Shown piece by piece: positions 47,172 to 54,892 of a stretch of 64,000 nucleotides of DNA (the first letter of the stretch is position 1; each line of letters begins with the position of its first letter). The notes below the pieces were generated by a model. That model saw only the letters and a program-made list of their open reading frames with translations. It had not been told where the DNA came from and did no database searches. Origin of the DNA: a virus (taxonomy: Duplodnaviria; Caudoviricetes); the IMG/VR virus record IMGVR_UViG_3300033074_001348, positions 1 to 64,000 of that record; one strand, given 5' to 3'. Made by a program: the position numbers and the translations under genes.

Positions 47172-47378
47172 TCATACCCTCCCTTTCCTCCTCCCTTTAT
47201 TTATCATTCTCACAATACGGCACTCGCTCAACCCTGTGAGTTCTGATATTTTCCATACGTCCTCCATTCGGATTCTTCCGGGGTCTTCAAAAAGTCGGTA
47301 AACTTGCCTCCTTGAAACTTTAAGTTCTTTGGCAAACTGGTTTATGGTGAGCTGCTTTGTTATGAATTTTTTGAGCAT
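47172..47378 (-). CDS. HTH DNA-binding protein
   Basis: TINQFAKELKVSRRQVYRLFED. Confidence 0.7.
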   Translation of the reverse strand: MLKKFITKQLTINQFAKELKVSRRQVYRLFEDPGRIRMEDVWKISELTGLSECRIVRMINKGRRKGRV

Positions 47379-47382
47379 AGGG

Positions 47383-48114
47383 TTAATAATTTTTAGCCAG
47401 TTGATTTATTACTTCTGATCCGTAAGCGTTTTTGGTAAGATTAATAAATTTGTGTACAGTCATTTTATCGCTCAGGTCGATGTCATGCTCTTTTATGAAA
47501 TTATCTTTCCCAATAGAACAACTTCCCGTCAAAGTGGTGTGCCACTTATAAAACTCAGATGCTAAATATTCGTCCGTTCCATTAAATTGCGCAATAAAAT
47601 CAGCAATTCGATCTTCAAGTGGGCGATTCTCATTATACTTCTGTTGAGCCTCCGAAATTGCTTTTTCTATTGTTTCCCCATGCGCAAAGAAATTACCTAC
47701 TTTGGCGATATAGCAGTCTTGTAAGGTCAAATCACTTTTAATGATTGCACCTTTAGCAACTTGCCCCTTTACAGAATAAATAATAGTTGGAACGCCATCA
47801 ATGTAATGAACGGGATAGTTGGTGTATTTTTTTAAGTCGTAACCGTCACCGGAACCGTAACCGGAACCGGAACCGTCACCGGAACCGTAACCGTAACCGG
47901 AACCGGAACCGTAACCGTCACCGTAACCGTCACCGGAACCGTCACCGGAACCGTAACCGTAACCGTCACCGGAACCGTCACCGGAACCGTCACCGGAACC
48001 GTAACCGGAACCGGAACCGTAACCGTCACCGTAACCGTCACCGGAACCGTAACCGGAACCGTAACCGGAACCGTCACCGTCACTTACTTTCAAAAACTCT
48101 GTTATTGCTTCCAT
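47383..48114 (-). CDS. (S/Y/D)-Gly repeat phage protein
   Basis: Start at ATG 48114; GDGSGYG repeats then WHTTLTGSC C-terminal domain. Confidence 0.7.
   Translation of the reverse strand: MEAITEFLKVSDGDGSGYGSGYGSGDGYGDGYGSGSGYGSGDGSGDGSGDGYGYGSGDGSGDGYGDGYGSGSGYGYGSGDGSGSGYGSGDGYDLKKYTNYPVHYIDGVPTIIYSVKGQVAKGAIIKSDLTLQDCYIAKVGNFFAHGETIEKAISEAQQKYNENRPLEDRIADFIAQFNGTDEYLASEFYKWHTTLTGSCSIGKDNFIKEHDIDLSDKMTVHKFINLTKNAYGSEVINQLAKNY
47839..48084 (-). repeat. in-frame 6-bp tandem repeat (~41 units)
   Basis: Units GTAACC/GTCACC/GGAACC on +, encoding YG/DG/SG on -. Confidence 0.9.
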
Positions 48115-48386
48115 TCTTTTTGTTTTAAAAGATTTGCGGTTGCATTTGCGGTGCATTCAATTATTTGAATCGGGTGTGCAATTTCCATTTTTGGAACAGT
48201 TACAGTTAATCTACTGCCACTACCAACTCCTGATTGGCTAATTTGCTCTACAGCAGCAGCACCTTCCCAGTAATGAATTTTACGCACATTTTTCATAATA
48301 ACAGACTTTTCTGTCTTAGATTCAATTTGACCAAAGAACACTCCGGCTCTATCGGCTCTTACAATGTAGTAGTTTTCGTTTTCCAT
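48102..48386 (-). CDS. conserved small phage protein (DUF6948-like)
   Basis: YIVRADRAGVFFG...RKIHYWEGAA; family name recalled, not verified. Confidence 0.55.
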   Translation of the reverse strand: MENENYYIVRADRAGVFFGQIESKTEKSVIMKNVRKIHYWEGAAAVEQISQSGVGSGSRLTVTVPKMEIAHPIQIIECTANATANLLKQKEWKQ

Positions 48387-48410
48387 ATTAGTAGTATTAT
48401 TTAGTTTGTG

Positions 48411-48539
48411 CAAACATATACACATTTAGCCCCTAAAACAAGTAAAAAGTAAAAATAAAAATAATCTGACTGATAATCAAAGAGATAATTTTATTTTTGG
48501 CAAAGTGTGTACCATTAGGCACAAATTAGTGTATATTTG
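48411..48539. promoter_or_regulatory. divergent promoter region
   Basis: TATGTTTG on - (48418-48411) and TATATTTG on + (48532-48539) at the strand switch. Confidence 0.6.
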
Positions 48540-48563
48540 CGGGAAACGAAAAAATAAAAGATT

Positions 48564-48755
48564 ATGAAAACAAAGGAAGAGTTATCGCTTATTACAAACA
48601 CTTATGACGGAGCCTTAATTGATTACTCAATAACGGAATCGATTAATTTCTCTTCACCAATCTTTACTCCCAGAAAGCACACCAAGCAGTCTTACGCTGC
48701 TCAAAATCGTGCTGCAAAGAAAAGAAGGAAGTTTAACGCCAAAAGACCTAAATAA
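48564..48755 (+). CDS. small basic hypothetical protein
   Basis: 63 aa, first ORF after the promoter, basic C-terminus. Confidence 0.45.
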   Translation: MKTKEELSLITNTYDGALIDYSITESINFSSPIFTPRKHTKQSYAAQNRAAKKRRKFNAKRPK

Positions 48756-48912
48756 AGCCATGCGCACCAACAGAACGATCTTACAAGAGATCAAAACGAC
48801 CTCCAAACTACTGGATGAAGCCACCTTATTAGGACGGCAAAAAGAAGCAATCCAATATTCGGACAAATACGAACAGTTGATGGTTGAATTGAGGGGGAGG
48901 ATGAGGGGATGA
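48709..48912 (+). CDS. hypothetical coiled-coil protein
   Basis: 67 aa, ATGA-coupled to the next gene. Confidence 0.4.
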   Translation: MLQRKEGSLTPKDLNKAMRTNRTILQEIKTTSKLLDEATLLGRQKEAIQYSDKYEQLMVELRGRMRG

Positions 48913-49562
48913 CACAAAGTCAATTTTGCTTGCAATTTTCTGAAGTGATAGACATTCCAGAAGCGCACATGAAAGCCTTTGTAGTATGCAACAGCTCGCC
49001 TACGCAAATATTTTATAAACTAAAAGACAAGATATTAACAAAGTTTGGTCACGAGAATGACTATGACTTACAGATCATTAAGCAAACCTGCTGGTCGTGC
49101 GAAGGCACAGGCAAATTTAAGAGCGACTGGAAGCCAACAGAGGCTTGTTGGAATTGCCTTGGCGATGGAATTTATAAAACCAAAAAAATCGTATTAGAGC
49201 GGTGGTTATTGAATGACAATCTATTTCATAAACCACTTGGTGAGTTAAGTGGAAATTTGGTGGTTAAATATGACCCTTTTGAGCACCCTCGGTCTATTTC
49301 ATTTTCCGGTGTTATCAGAAATGAAATTCAAGGTTACATCAGGCACGATAAAATGGAAGGAAATCCCCAATATTGCCTATACTATCTCATGTGGCATTAT
49401 GACAGAGATATGTTTTGGAGGTACTTGACTTGCGATGTTAATGGATATTATAAAAAAGAAAGGATTAAGTTTCAGCGGCTACTCAGGAAGTATAATCCAC
49501 TTGCCGCTATTTCACAGTTTCTACAAGTCAAAAAACAGGAAGTTGATGATTTACCATTTTAG
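48909..49562 (+). CDS. protein with CxxCxGxG zinc finger
   Basis: CWSCEGTG and CWNCLGDG (DnaJ-type repeats). Confidence 0.6.
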   Translation: MTQSQFCLQFSEVIDIPEAHMKAFVVCNSSPTQIFYKLKDKILTKFGHENDYDLQIIKQTCWSCEGTGKFKSDWKPTEACWNCLGDGIYKTKKIVLERWLLNDNLFHKPLGELSGNLVVKYDPFEHPRSISFSGVIRNEIQGYIRHDKMEGNPQYCLYYLMWHYDRDMFWRYLTCDVNGYYKKERIKFQRLLRKYNPLAAISQFLQVKKQEVDDLPF

Positions 49563-49573
49563 CCCTTAATATC

Positions 49574-49765
49574 ATGATCGAACACTACAACAAGCAACTA
49601 ACTGCCCGTAACGAAGTAATTCCGCACCAAACTAATGACACTATCATTGGAGGCGTTAACGAGGTCATGGTGCAGGCTATACGGGACTATGTGAAAGTGC
49701 ATGGCTTTCCGACTGAAAGCGACTATCAAAGACAACTGTCAAAAGTAAAAATCAGAAGATCATGA
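49574..49765 (+). CDS. hypothetical protein
   Basis: 63 aa, coupled to the next gene. Confidence 0.45.
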   Translation: MIEHYNKQLTARNEVIPHQTNDTIIGGVNEVMVQAIRDYVKVHGFPTESDYQRQLSKVKIRRS

Positions 49766-50022
49766 GCGAAATCACCGAAACCCTTGACCTATTTGATACC
49801 ACCGGAGACGGAAAGAAAATTCCTATTAAAGTGTACCTTAACGTAGACACCGACCAGATTCAAAATGTTCACATAAGGGAGTTTGTCACTAAGTTAGAAT
49901 ATGGCAATATCATTATGACATTTCAGGAATTTGAAAAGGCAGACTTGGGAGGCTCTCAGGAGATAGCGGGTGACATCTATATTTATTTGTATGATAATTA
50001 TGTAAGGAAGGATCATAAATAA
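49762..50022 (+). CDS. hypothetical protein
   Basis: 86 aa. Confidence 0.5.
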   Translation: MSEITETLDLFDTTGDGKKIPIKVYLNVDTDQIQNVHIREFVTKLEYGNIIMTFQEFEKADLGGSQEIAGDIYIYLYDNYVRKDHK

Positions 50023-50026
50023 CATC

Positions 50027-50314
50027 ATGAGCCACTCAAGAGAACCAATAAAAGCAACTTGCCCTGATATTGATAAATACATCAAGTGGATAAAAATGGA
50101 AATAGTAAAAGACCGTGATTTAAAGAACATGGATCAGGATGAACTCTTTAACGCTGCATCGTCAATGTCCTCACAACTAAGTAGCTGCATTGACTATCTT
50201 GAAGAGTTGCGAGAATCAAATAGTACACTAAGGGAATGGGTCGTAGAAGAGGCTGAAAAAGCCGATGAGTTTGAACGCAAAATTTATGAATTAGAACTAA
50301 AATTAGGAATATGA
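50027..50314 (+). CDS. hypothetical coiled-coil protein
   Basis: 95 aa, TCPDID motif then heptads. Confidence 0.55.
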   Translation: MSHSREPIKATCPDIDKYIKWIKMEIVKDRDLKNMDQDELFNAASSMSSQLSSCIDYLEELRESNSTLREWVVEEAEKADEFERKIYELELKLGI

Positions 50315-50419
50315 ACTGGTACATCGGACAAGATATCGTGGCACCCCTCGACCCAATAAAAGAAGCCATATCGAACCTTATTGAAGAAACATTAACAGTT
50401 AAAACTAATCTATAAACTC

Positions 50420-51199
50420 ATGACAAATCAAACAGGGCGCATCAGTCAGCGCAAAACAAGTCAGACTGGCTCCACATTGCCGGAGATCGGCAAGATTAAG
50501 GTAGGGGAAAAGCGTGAAAATTCAAAGGGTGTAGAATACCCTACCTCGCTTGATTACTTTAAGGCAACAGGCAACTTTGCTGCTGCGTTCAATGCGCAGT
50601 ACGGGCAGAACCCTAAATCACTTACGGTAGCATTTATCAGTGATGATCTCAATGAGGTCTGTAACGAGCGATACGAGTGTTGGGATAAAGGGAAGCGATG
50701 GGGATGGGGTGATGGAGAAACGTTTACCGTATGGGATGGAAAGGCCTATAAAGAGGGCATTGAAAAGACAGACCCGATGGTGACCAGTAAGAAGTGGGAT
50801 ACCATGCTTACGCTGCGTTTTGTGCTGCTTGATATGCGTGGCATCTTGGGATACTGGACGTTCCAATCGAAGGGAAAGTCAACCTCAATTCCATCTATTG
50901 TGAAGGCATTTGACTATGTGAAAGAACGTGCGAGTACCATTATTGGGTTCCCCTTTCAGTTGGTGGTTGAAAAGAAGGTGGGTTACAATCCCGGAGACCC
51001 TAAAAGCTATCCAATGGTTACGCTTGTGCCTTGCTTTACCGAAGAGGCTATCGAAAAGGTGCATAATTACTTGGAGCAAGGAGGCGCAGCCAATCGCCTG
51101 AGCGCTAAATTTGTGAAGGCTCAGGAGGCGTTGGTGGAGCATCAATCTAAAATAATGCTACCAGAGAACACGGTAAATCCTGAGCAGCATGAAGGTTGA
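50420..51199 (+). CDS. recombination directionality factor-like (Gp3-like) protein
   Basis: LPEIGKIKVGEKR...YPTSLDYF N-terminus; adjacent to an exonuclease. Confidence 0.5.
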   Translation: MTNQTGRISQRKTSQTGSTLPEIGKIKVGEKRENSKGVEYPTSLDYFKATGNFAAAFNAQYGQNPKSLTVAFISDDLNEVCNERYECWDKGKRWGWGDGETFTVWDGKAYKEGIEKTDPMVTSKKWDTMLTLRFVLLDMRGILGYWTFQSKGKSTSIPSIVKAFDYVKERASTIIGFPFQLVVEKKVGYNPGDPKSYPMVTLVPCFTEEAIEKVHNYLEQGGAANRLSAKFVKAQEALVEHQSKIMLPENTVNPEQHEG

Positions 51200-52178
51200 A
51201 CTGGTTAATACGGACTTTTTTGATCGGGATGCGATACGGCTTCCCGACTATAAGGTAGGTAGGGTATCGTATGGTAATGGGCGTAGCTACATCCGGATTA
51301 TTGACGGAGATATTGAGCGTCCGTTCCGGTTATACACCTCCTTAACGACTGCCATCAACACCTGCGCTCCCATGAATCAAGGATTGCTTGAATGGAATGT
51401 GAAGCATGGACTGAAAGAGGCGGGAAGGCTGCTGAAGATTGCACAATTTTATGGTACTTATTTGCACGTGAAGATTGGTGAGTTTTTAATGGTCGGCAGT
51501 CTTAATTTAGATGAATTAGAGGAAGGAGTGCAAAACTACCTCTCCACACAAGACTTTTGGCAGCCTGAATGCGCTGAGTGGGCAGAAAACTTAAAGTATG
51601 ACCTGATTGCGTTTGCCCAGTTTTGTGCCGATTACAAGGTAAAGGTGATGGGAATTGAGTATGTGCTACTTTCTGATCGGTTCGGGTTTGGAACACCGAT
51701 CGATCTTGTTTGTAAAATGGATGTACCAACTACCGGATTTTATGGTGAGGTGTATAAAAGTGGGGATAGAAAAGGTGAACCTAAGCAAACTACGCAGCCT
51801 ATTGCCAAAACCGTTATCATCAATTTTAAGTCAGGCAGACACGGGTTTTATCCCAACAATGGCATACAGGCTATTGCTGAGAAGATGTTGTGGGAAGAGA
51901 ATTTCCCCGAGATTGCACTCGAAGGGGCTTACAACTGGTCGCCAAAAGAGTGGAAAATTACACCTTCCTACAACCTGAAGGATTGGGTTGGAGAGGTGAG
52001 TGAGACTGAGGTTGAGCACATCATGGGGTTGGCTAAAATCAGATTTGGTGAGCAGGCTATGGAGAAAGAGTACCTATCTGTATCGGGTATGATTTACAGG
52101 GGCAAAGAGCCTGCCTGCGTGTCAAAAATCGGGATTGAGGAGTATTGTAGAAAGAACTTTAGCGTGTTATTGTCATGA
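51189..52178 (+). CDS. PD-(D/E)xK exonuclease
   Basis: GTYLH, IEYVL, GTPIDLV, INFKSG catalytic pattern. Confidence 0.7.
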   Translation: MKVELVNTDFFDRDAIRLPDYKVGRVSYGNGRSYIRIIDGDIERPFRLYTSLTTAINTCAPMNQGLLEWNVKHGLKEAGRLLKIAQFYGTYLHVKIGEFLMVGSLNLDELEEGVQNYLSTQDFWQPECAEWAENLKYDLIAFAQFCADYKVKVMGIEYVLLSDRFGFGTPIDLVCKMDVPTTGFYGEVYKSGDRKGEPKQTTQPIAKTVIINFKSGRHGFYPNNGIQAIAEKMLWEENFPEIALEGAYNWSPKEWKITPSYNLKDWVGEVSETEVEHIMGLAKIRFGEQAMEKEYLSVSGMIYRGKEPACVSKIGIEEYCRKNFSVLLS

Positions 52179-52516
52179 GAAAAATACAACTATCCTCCAA
52201 TTCAGAGGACTTCATACGGAGTAACTGGTACAAGATGCCTATGTCGCAAATAGCGGCTCATTTAGGCATTGCGGTCAGTACGGTGAGGTGTTTTATCAAC
52301 AGGCACGCAAAAGAGGCGCACGGGGCTCCTAATAGCGTCTGCGAGACGTGCGTTTATCCGATCAGCTATGCAAGGCATCGTGTGGAGGATATGCTGGCAA
52401 GATTACAGGCGTTAAAAACCCGGGACGTGCGCATTTATAACGAAATTGAGTACATGAGAAAATGGTTGCAACATGTGTCTGAGCTGACGGTAATAGAGCA
52501 GGGGGATGGGTGTTGA
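52175..52516 (+). CDS. HTH-containing hypothetical protein
   Basis: MPMSQIAAHLGIAVSTVRCFI. Confidence 0.55.
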   Translation: MRKIQLSSNSEDFIRSNWYKMPMSQIAAHLGIAVSTVRCFINRHAKEAHGAPNSVCETCVYPISYARHRVEDMLARLQALKTRDVRIYNEIEYMRKWLQHVSELTVIEQGDGC

Positions 52517-52531
52517 CCCTCTCCCACCAAC

Positions 52532-52571
52532 AAAAAGCCCGGATACAACTTAGTTCCGGGCTTTCTCTTTT
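52532..52571. terminator. bidirectional terminator between convergent genes
   Basis: AAAAAGCCCGGA...TCCGGGCTTTCTCTTTT. Confidence 0.7.
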
Positions 52572-52978
52572 TAGAATGGGAGGTCATTGTCGGGTGGTTC
52601 CTGAGATGATGGAGGCGCAGCGGTGGTGGCGGGTGTAGCATCTCCTCCGCTGCTCTTAACCCTTTTGGCGATCATCGGCCAGTCCATATCAGCCTTAATC
52701 TCCGTTACATTTTTCTCTACTCCGTCTTTATTATTGAACTTGCGGTAATTGATCTCACCGGAAACGGTAACGACATCCCCTTTACTGGCGGTCTTGGCGA
52801 CATACTCCGCTGTCTTGCCCCAGAAAATAACGTTGTGCCATTCTGTTTTATCTACCCATTCCTCACCCTTTTTGATGCGAGAGGTGGTTGCTACTGAGAG
52901 GCTCACCATGTTGGTTGATCCTGCTACTCTTAGTTCGGGGTCTTTACCCACGTGTCCACATAGAAATACTTTGTTCAT
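52571..52978 (-). CDS. ssb: single-stranded DNA-binding protein
   Basis: MNKVFLCGHVGKDPELR...TEWHNVIFWGKTAE...C-terminal DLPF. Confidence 0.9.
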   Translation of the reverse strand: MNKVFLCGHVGKDPELRVAGSTNMVSLSVATTSRIKKGEEWVDKTEWHNVIFWGKTAEYVAKTASKGDVVTVSGEINYRKFNNKDGVEKNVTEIKADMDWPMIAKRVKSSGGDATPATTAAPPSSQEPPDNDLPF

Positions 52979-53041
52979 AGGTTTTATATAGTTTAAGTTA
53001 ATTAGTTAGCCTTACGCTTCTAACGAGCGGGATAATTAGTT

Positions 53042-53716
53042 TTAAGGTGTCGTGCATGGTGCCTCTATTCTCTGTATAAGCCTCCAAACAGTTGATGCGC
53101 TCCATTTGCCACCTTTTGAGGTATGGAACCCTTTGTTATTGAGCTCCTCTGCAACTTTATCATAGGCAAGACCCTGCTTTTTGAGCAGTGTGGCGTGTGC
53201 TGCTGCTCGTTCGTTGTCGGGAGAGAGTCGGGCTTTCTCTGCCTGTACTCTTGCGCCAATGACACGACCGGATTGACTAAATTTTTCAGGATTACCCAAT
53301 GCGACGCCTTGCTTTTTGAGCGCCATTAGTGCTGCTTTGGTTCTGATGGAGATGAGCTCCCGCTCCCTCTCGGCAAAAGCAAAGTAAAGGGTTAGCATGA
53401 ACCGGTCAGGTTTGCCGGGTAGGTCGCAAAACTCAATTTGACCGGGTAGCCAATCAAGTACCGTCAGTCCATCTTTTACATCACGGCTCAATCTGTCTAC
53501 TTTAGCGACTACAAGCGTATAGCCGTTTGTTTTGCAGCACTCAATCGCCTGTTTTAGTATGGGTCGGTCGGTAATGGTTTTAGCCGATTCCACTTCGATA
53601 AATTCCTGTTCTAATTCAGGGTAGAAACGGGCAACAATTTGCTGCTGCGCTTCCAGTCCCAGTCCTGAGTCCCCCTGCTTCTTGGTGGATACTCGGTAGT
53701 ATGCTACGTATTTCAT
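53042..53716 (-). CDS. serine recombinase (resolvase domain + short DNA-binding C-terminus)
   Basis: YYRVSTKKQ catalytic Ser, DRPIL, VVAKVDRLSR, FAERERELISIRTKA. Confidence 0.9.
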   Translation of the reverse strand: MKYVAYYRVSTKKQGDSGLGLEAQQQIVARFYPELEQEFIEVESAKTITDRPILKQAIECCKTNGYTLVVAKVDRLSRDVKDGLTVLDWLPGQIEFCDLPGKPDRFMLTLYFAFAERERELISIRTKAALMALKKQGVALGNPEKFSQSGRVIGARVQAEKARLSPDNERAAAHATLLKKQGLAYDKVAEELNNKGFHTSKGGKWSASTVWRLIQRIEAPCTTP

Positions 53717-53907
53717 GACTCAGGAACGTATTTAAAGTATGGGTATTTTTCAGATAATGATTTTTGACACTCACACTTAGGGCATTGGTGGATGTATTTA
53801 GGTGGTGAGGTGAGTTGGGTTCTGCCTGTAAACTCCATATTTACCACGTTGCAATTTGGGCACCCGTAGTGCACCTCGATTGTTTTTACTTCTGTTTCTT
53901 TTTCCAT
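53713..53907 (-). CDS. small zinc-ribbon protein
   Basis: CPNC...CPKC. Confidence 0.55.
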   Translation of the reverse strand: MEKETEVKTIEVHYGCPNCNVVNMEFTGRTQLTSPPKYIHQCPKCECQKSLSEKYPYFKYVPES

Positions 53908-53917
53908 GTCAGTTGTG

Positions 53918-54199
53918 TTATGTTACTTCAAAATATTTTAGATAATACTCTTGCTCATCATCCGACTTGCCCTTGATGCAGATAATATCGTTAGGGGAAA
54001 GCAGTAGGTTTAAGGTGTGTATGTCAATGTACAGGTAGGCTCGTGGCGTTACTTTAACTGCGTAACAGGGTGTTCCGTGTAATTCGAGCACCTCTACCGT
54101 CTCAAGCACACACCATCCAAACCTACCCTCATCGTCACGGGTAGCAACGATACTAATCGTGTCGCCTGATTGGATGAAATTGCCCCGCCAGTCGGTCAT
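53918..54199 (-). CDS. hypothetical protein
   Basis: 93 aa, DWRGNFIQSGDTI N-terminus. Confidence 0.5.
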   Translation of the reverse strand: MTDWRGNFIQSGDTISIVATRDDEGRFGWCVLETVEVLELHGTPCYAVKVTPRAYLYIDIHTLNLLLSPNDIICIKGKSDDEQEYYLKYFEVT

Positions 54200-54200
54200 G

Positions 54201-54338
54201 CTACTTAAGTGCTGCTAATGCTTTTTGCAACAAAATGTCAACCATTTGACTGAAAGACCTTTTTTCCTTTTCTGCTATTTTCTTTACTGAGCGAACAGTA
54301 TCGCTATCAATCGTTGCCGATATTACTTCTTTAGGCAT
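54201..54338 (-). CDS. ribbon-helix-helix regulator (45 aa, not in ORF track)
   Basis: MPKEVISATIDSDTVRSVKKIAEKEKRSFSQMVDILLQKAL. Confidence 0.7.
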   Translation of the reverse strand: MPKEVISATIDSDTVRSVKKIAEKEKRSFSQMVDILLQKALAALK

Positions 54339-54359
54339 TTGTTGTATTTTAAGATTAAG

Positions 54360-54433
54360 TTTCGATTAATGGATTTGAACCAATGACCCCCGCATTATCA
54401 GTACGGTGCTCTACCAGACTGAGCTAAATCGAA
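54360..54433 (-). tRNA. tRNA-Ile (GAT)
   Basis: Cloverleaf: TTCGATT/AATCGAA acceptor, anticodon arm CCGTA-CTGATAA-TGCGG, GGTTCAAATCC T-arm; CCA not encoded. Confidence 0.9.
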
Positions 54434-54435
54434 AG

Positions 54436-54508
54436 TTGTCCTGTTAGGGGTCGAACCTAAACTCTCCTGAACCAAAATCAGACGTGTTGCCAATTACACC
54501 ACAGGACA
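54436..54508 (-). tRNA. tRNA-Gln (TTG)
   Basis: TGTCCTG/CAGGACA acceptor, anticodon arm TCTGA-TTTTGGT-TCAGG, GGTTCGACCC T-arm. Confidence 0.9.
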
Positions 54509-54516
54509 AAGCCTTA

Positions 54517-54888
54517 CTATCTAAGCATATTCTCAAGTTGCTTAATAGACTTGCCTTTCAAGGACTCGTCTTGCTTTTCAGCAATAAGCGAAATGATTTT
54601 TTTGTTGTGCTCTTTGATTTCCTGAGCCTCTGCCATCGCTTCTTGCTCTGCAACCAATGTGTTGAGAATGTCAATCACTAAATCGAAGCGCAATTTAGCG
54701 GTTTTATCTTTCGTAGATGTTTTCACTAAGAAAGATTTTTTGGCAGACTGCTTGTGCTCAATCTCGAGAGATACGGCTAAAGCGTCGAGTTCATCAAGGG
54801 ATAAATCCCATAATTGTTCTACTGATAAGAGTCCTTTAGTGGTTTGGAATCTTAGTTTTTGCTGACTTGCTAATTTGAAGTTGTCCAT
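54517..54888 (-). CDS. conserved hypothetical protein
   Basis: KLRFQTTKGLLSVEQLWDL motif then coiled coil; directly downstream of the 699-aa gene. Confidence 0.65.
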   Translation of the reverse strand: MDNFKLASQQKLRFQTTKGLLSVEQLWDLSLDELDALAVSLEIEHKQSAKKSFLVKTSTKDKTAKLRFDLVIDILNTLVAEQEAMAEAQEIKEHNKKIISLIAEKQDESLKGKSIKQLENMLR

Positions 54889-54892
54889 GTTC

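Noticed and set aside
47787-48128. Arg/Asn/His and Val/Thr/Pro repeat ORFs on the + strand
   Set aside because: Shadow frames of the 6-bp repeat; the - strand frame continues into a non-repetitive domain
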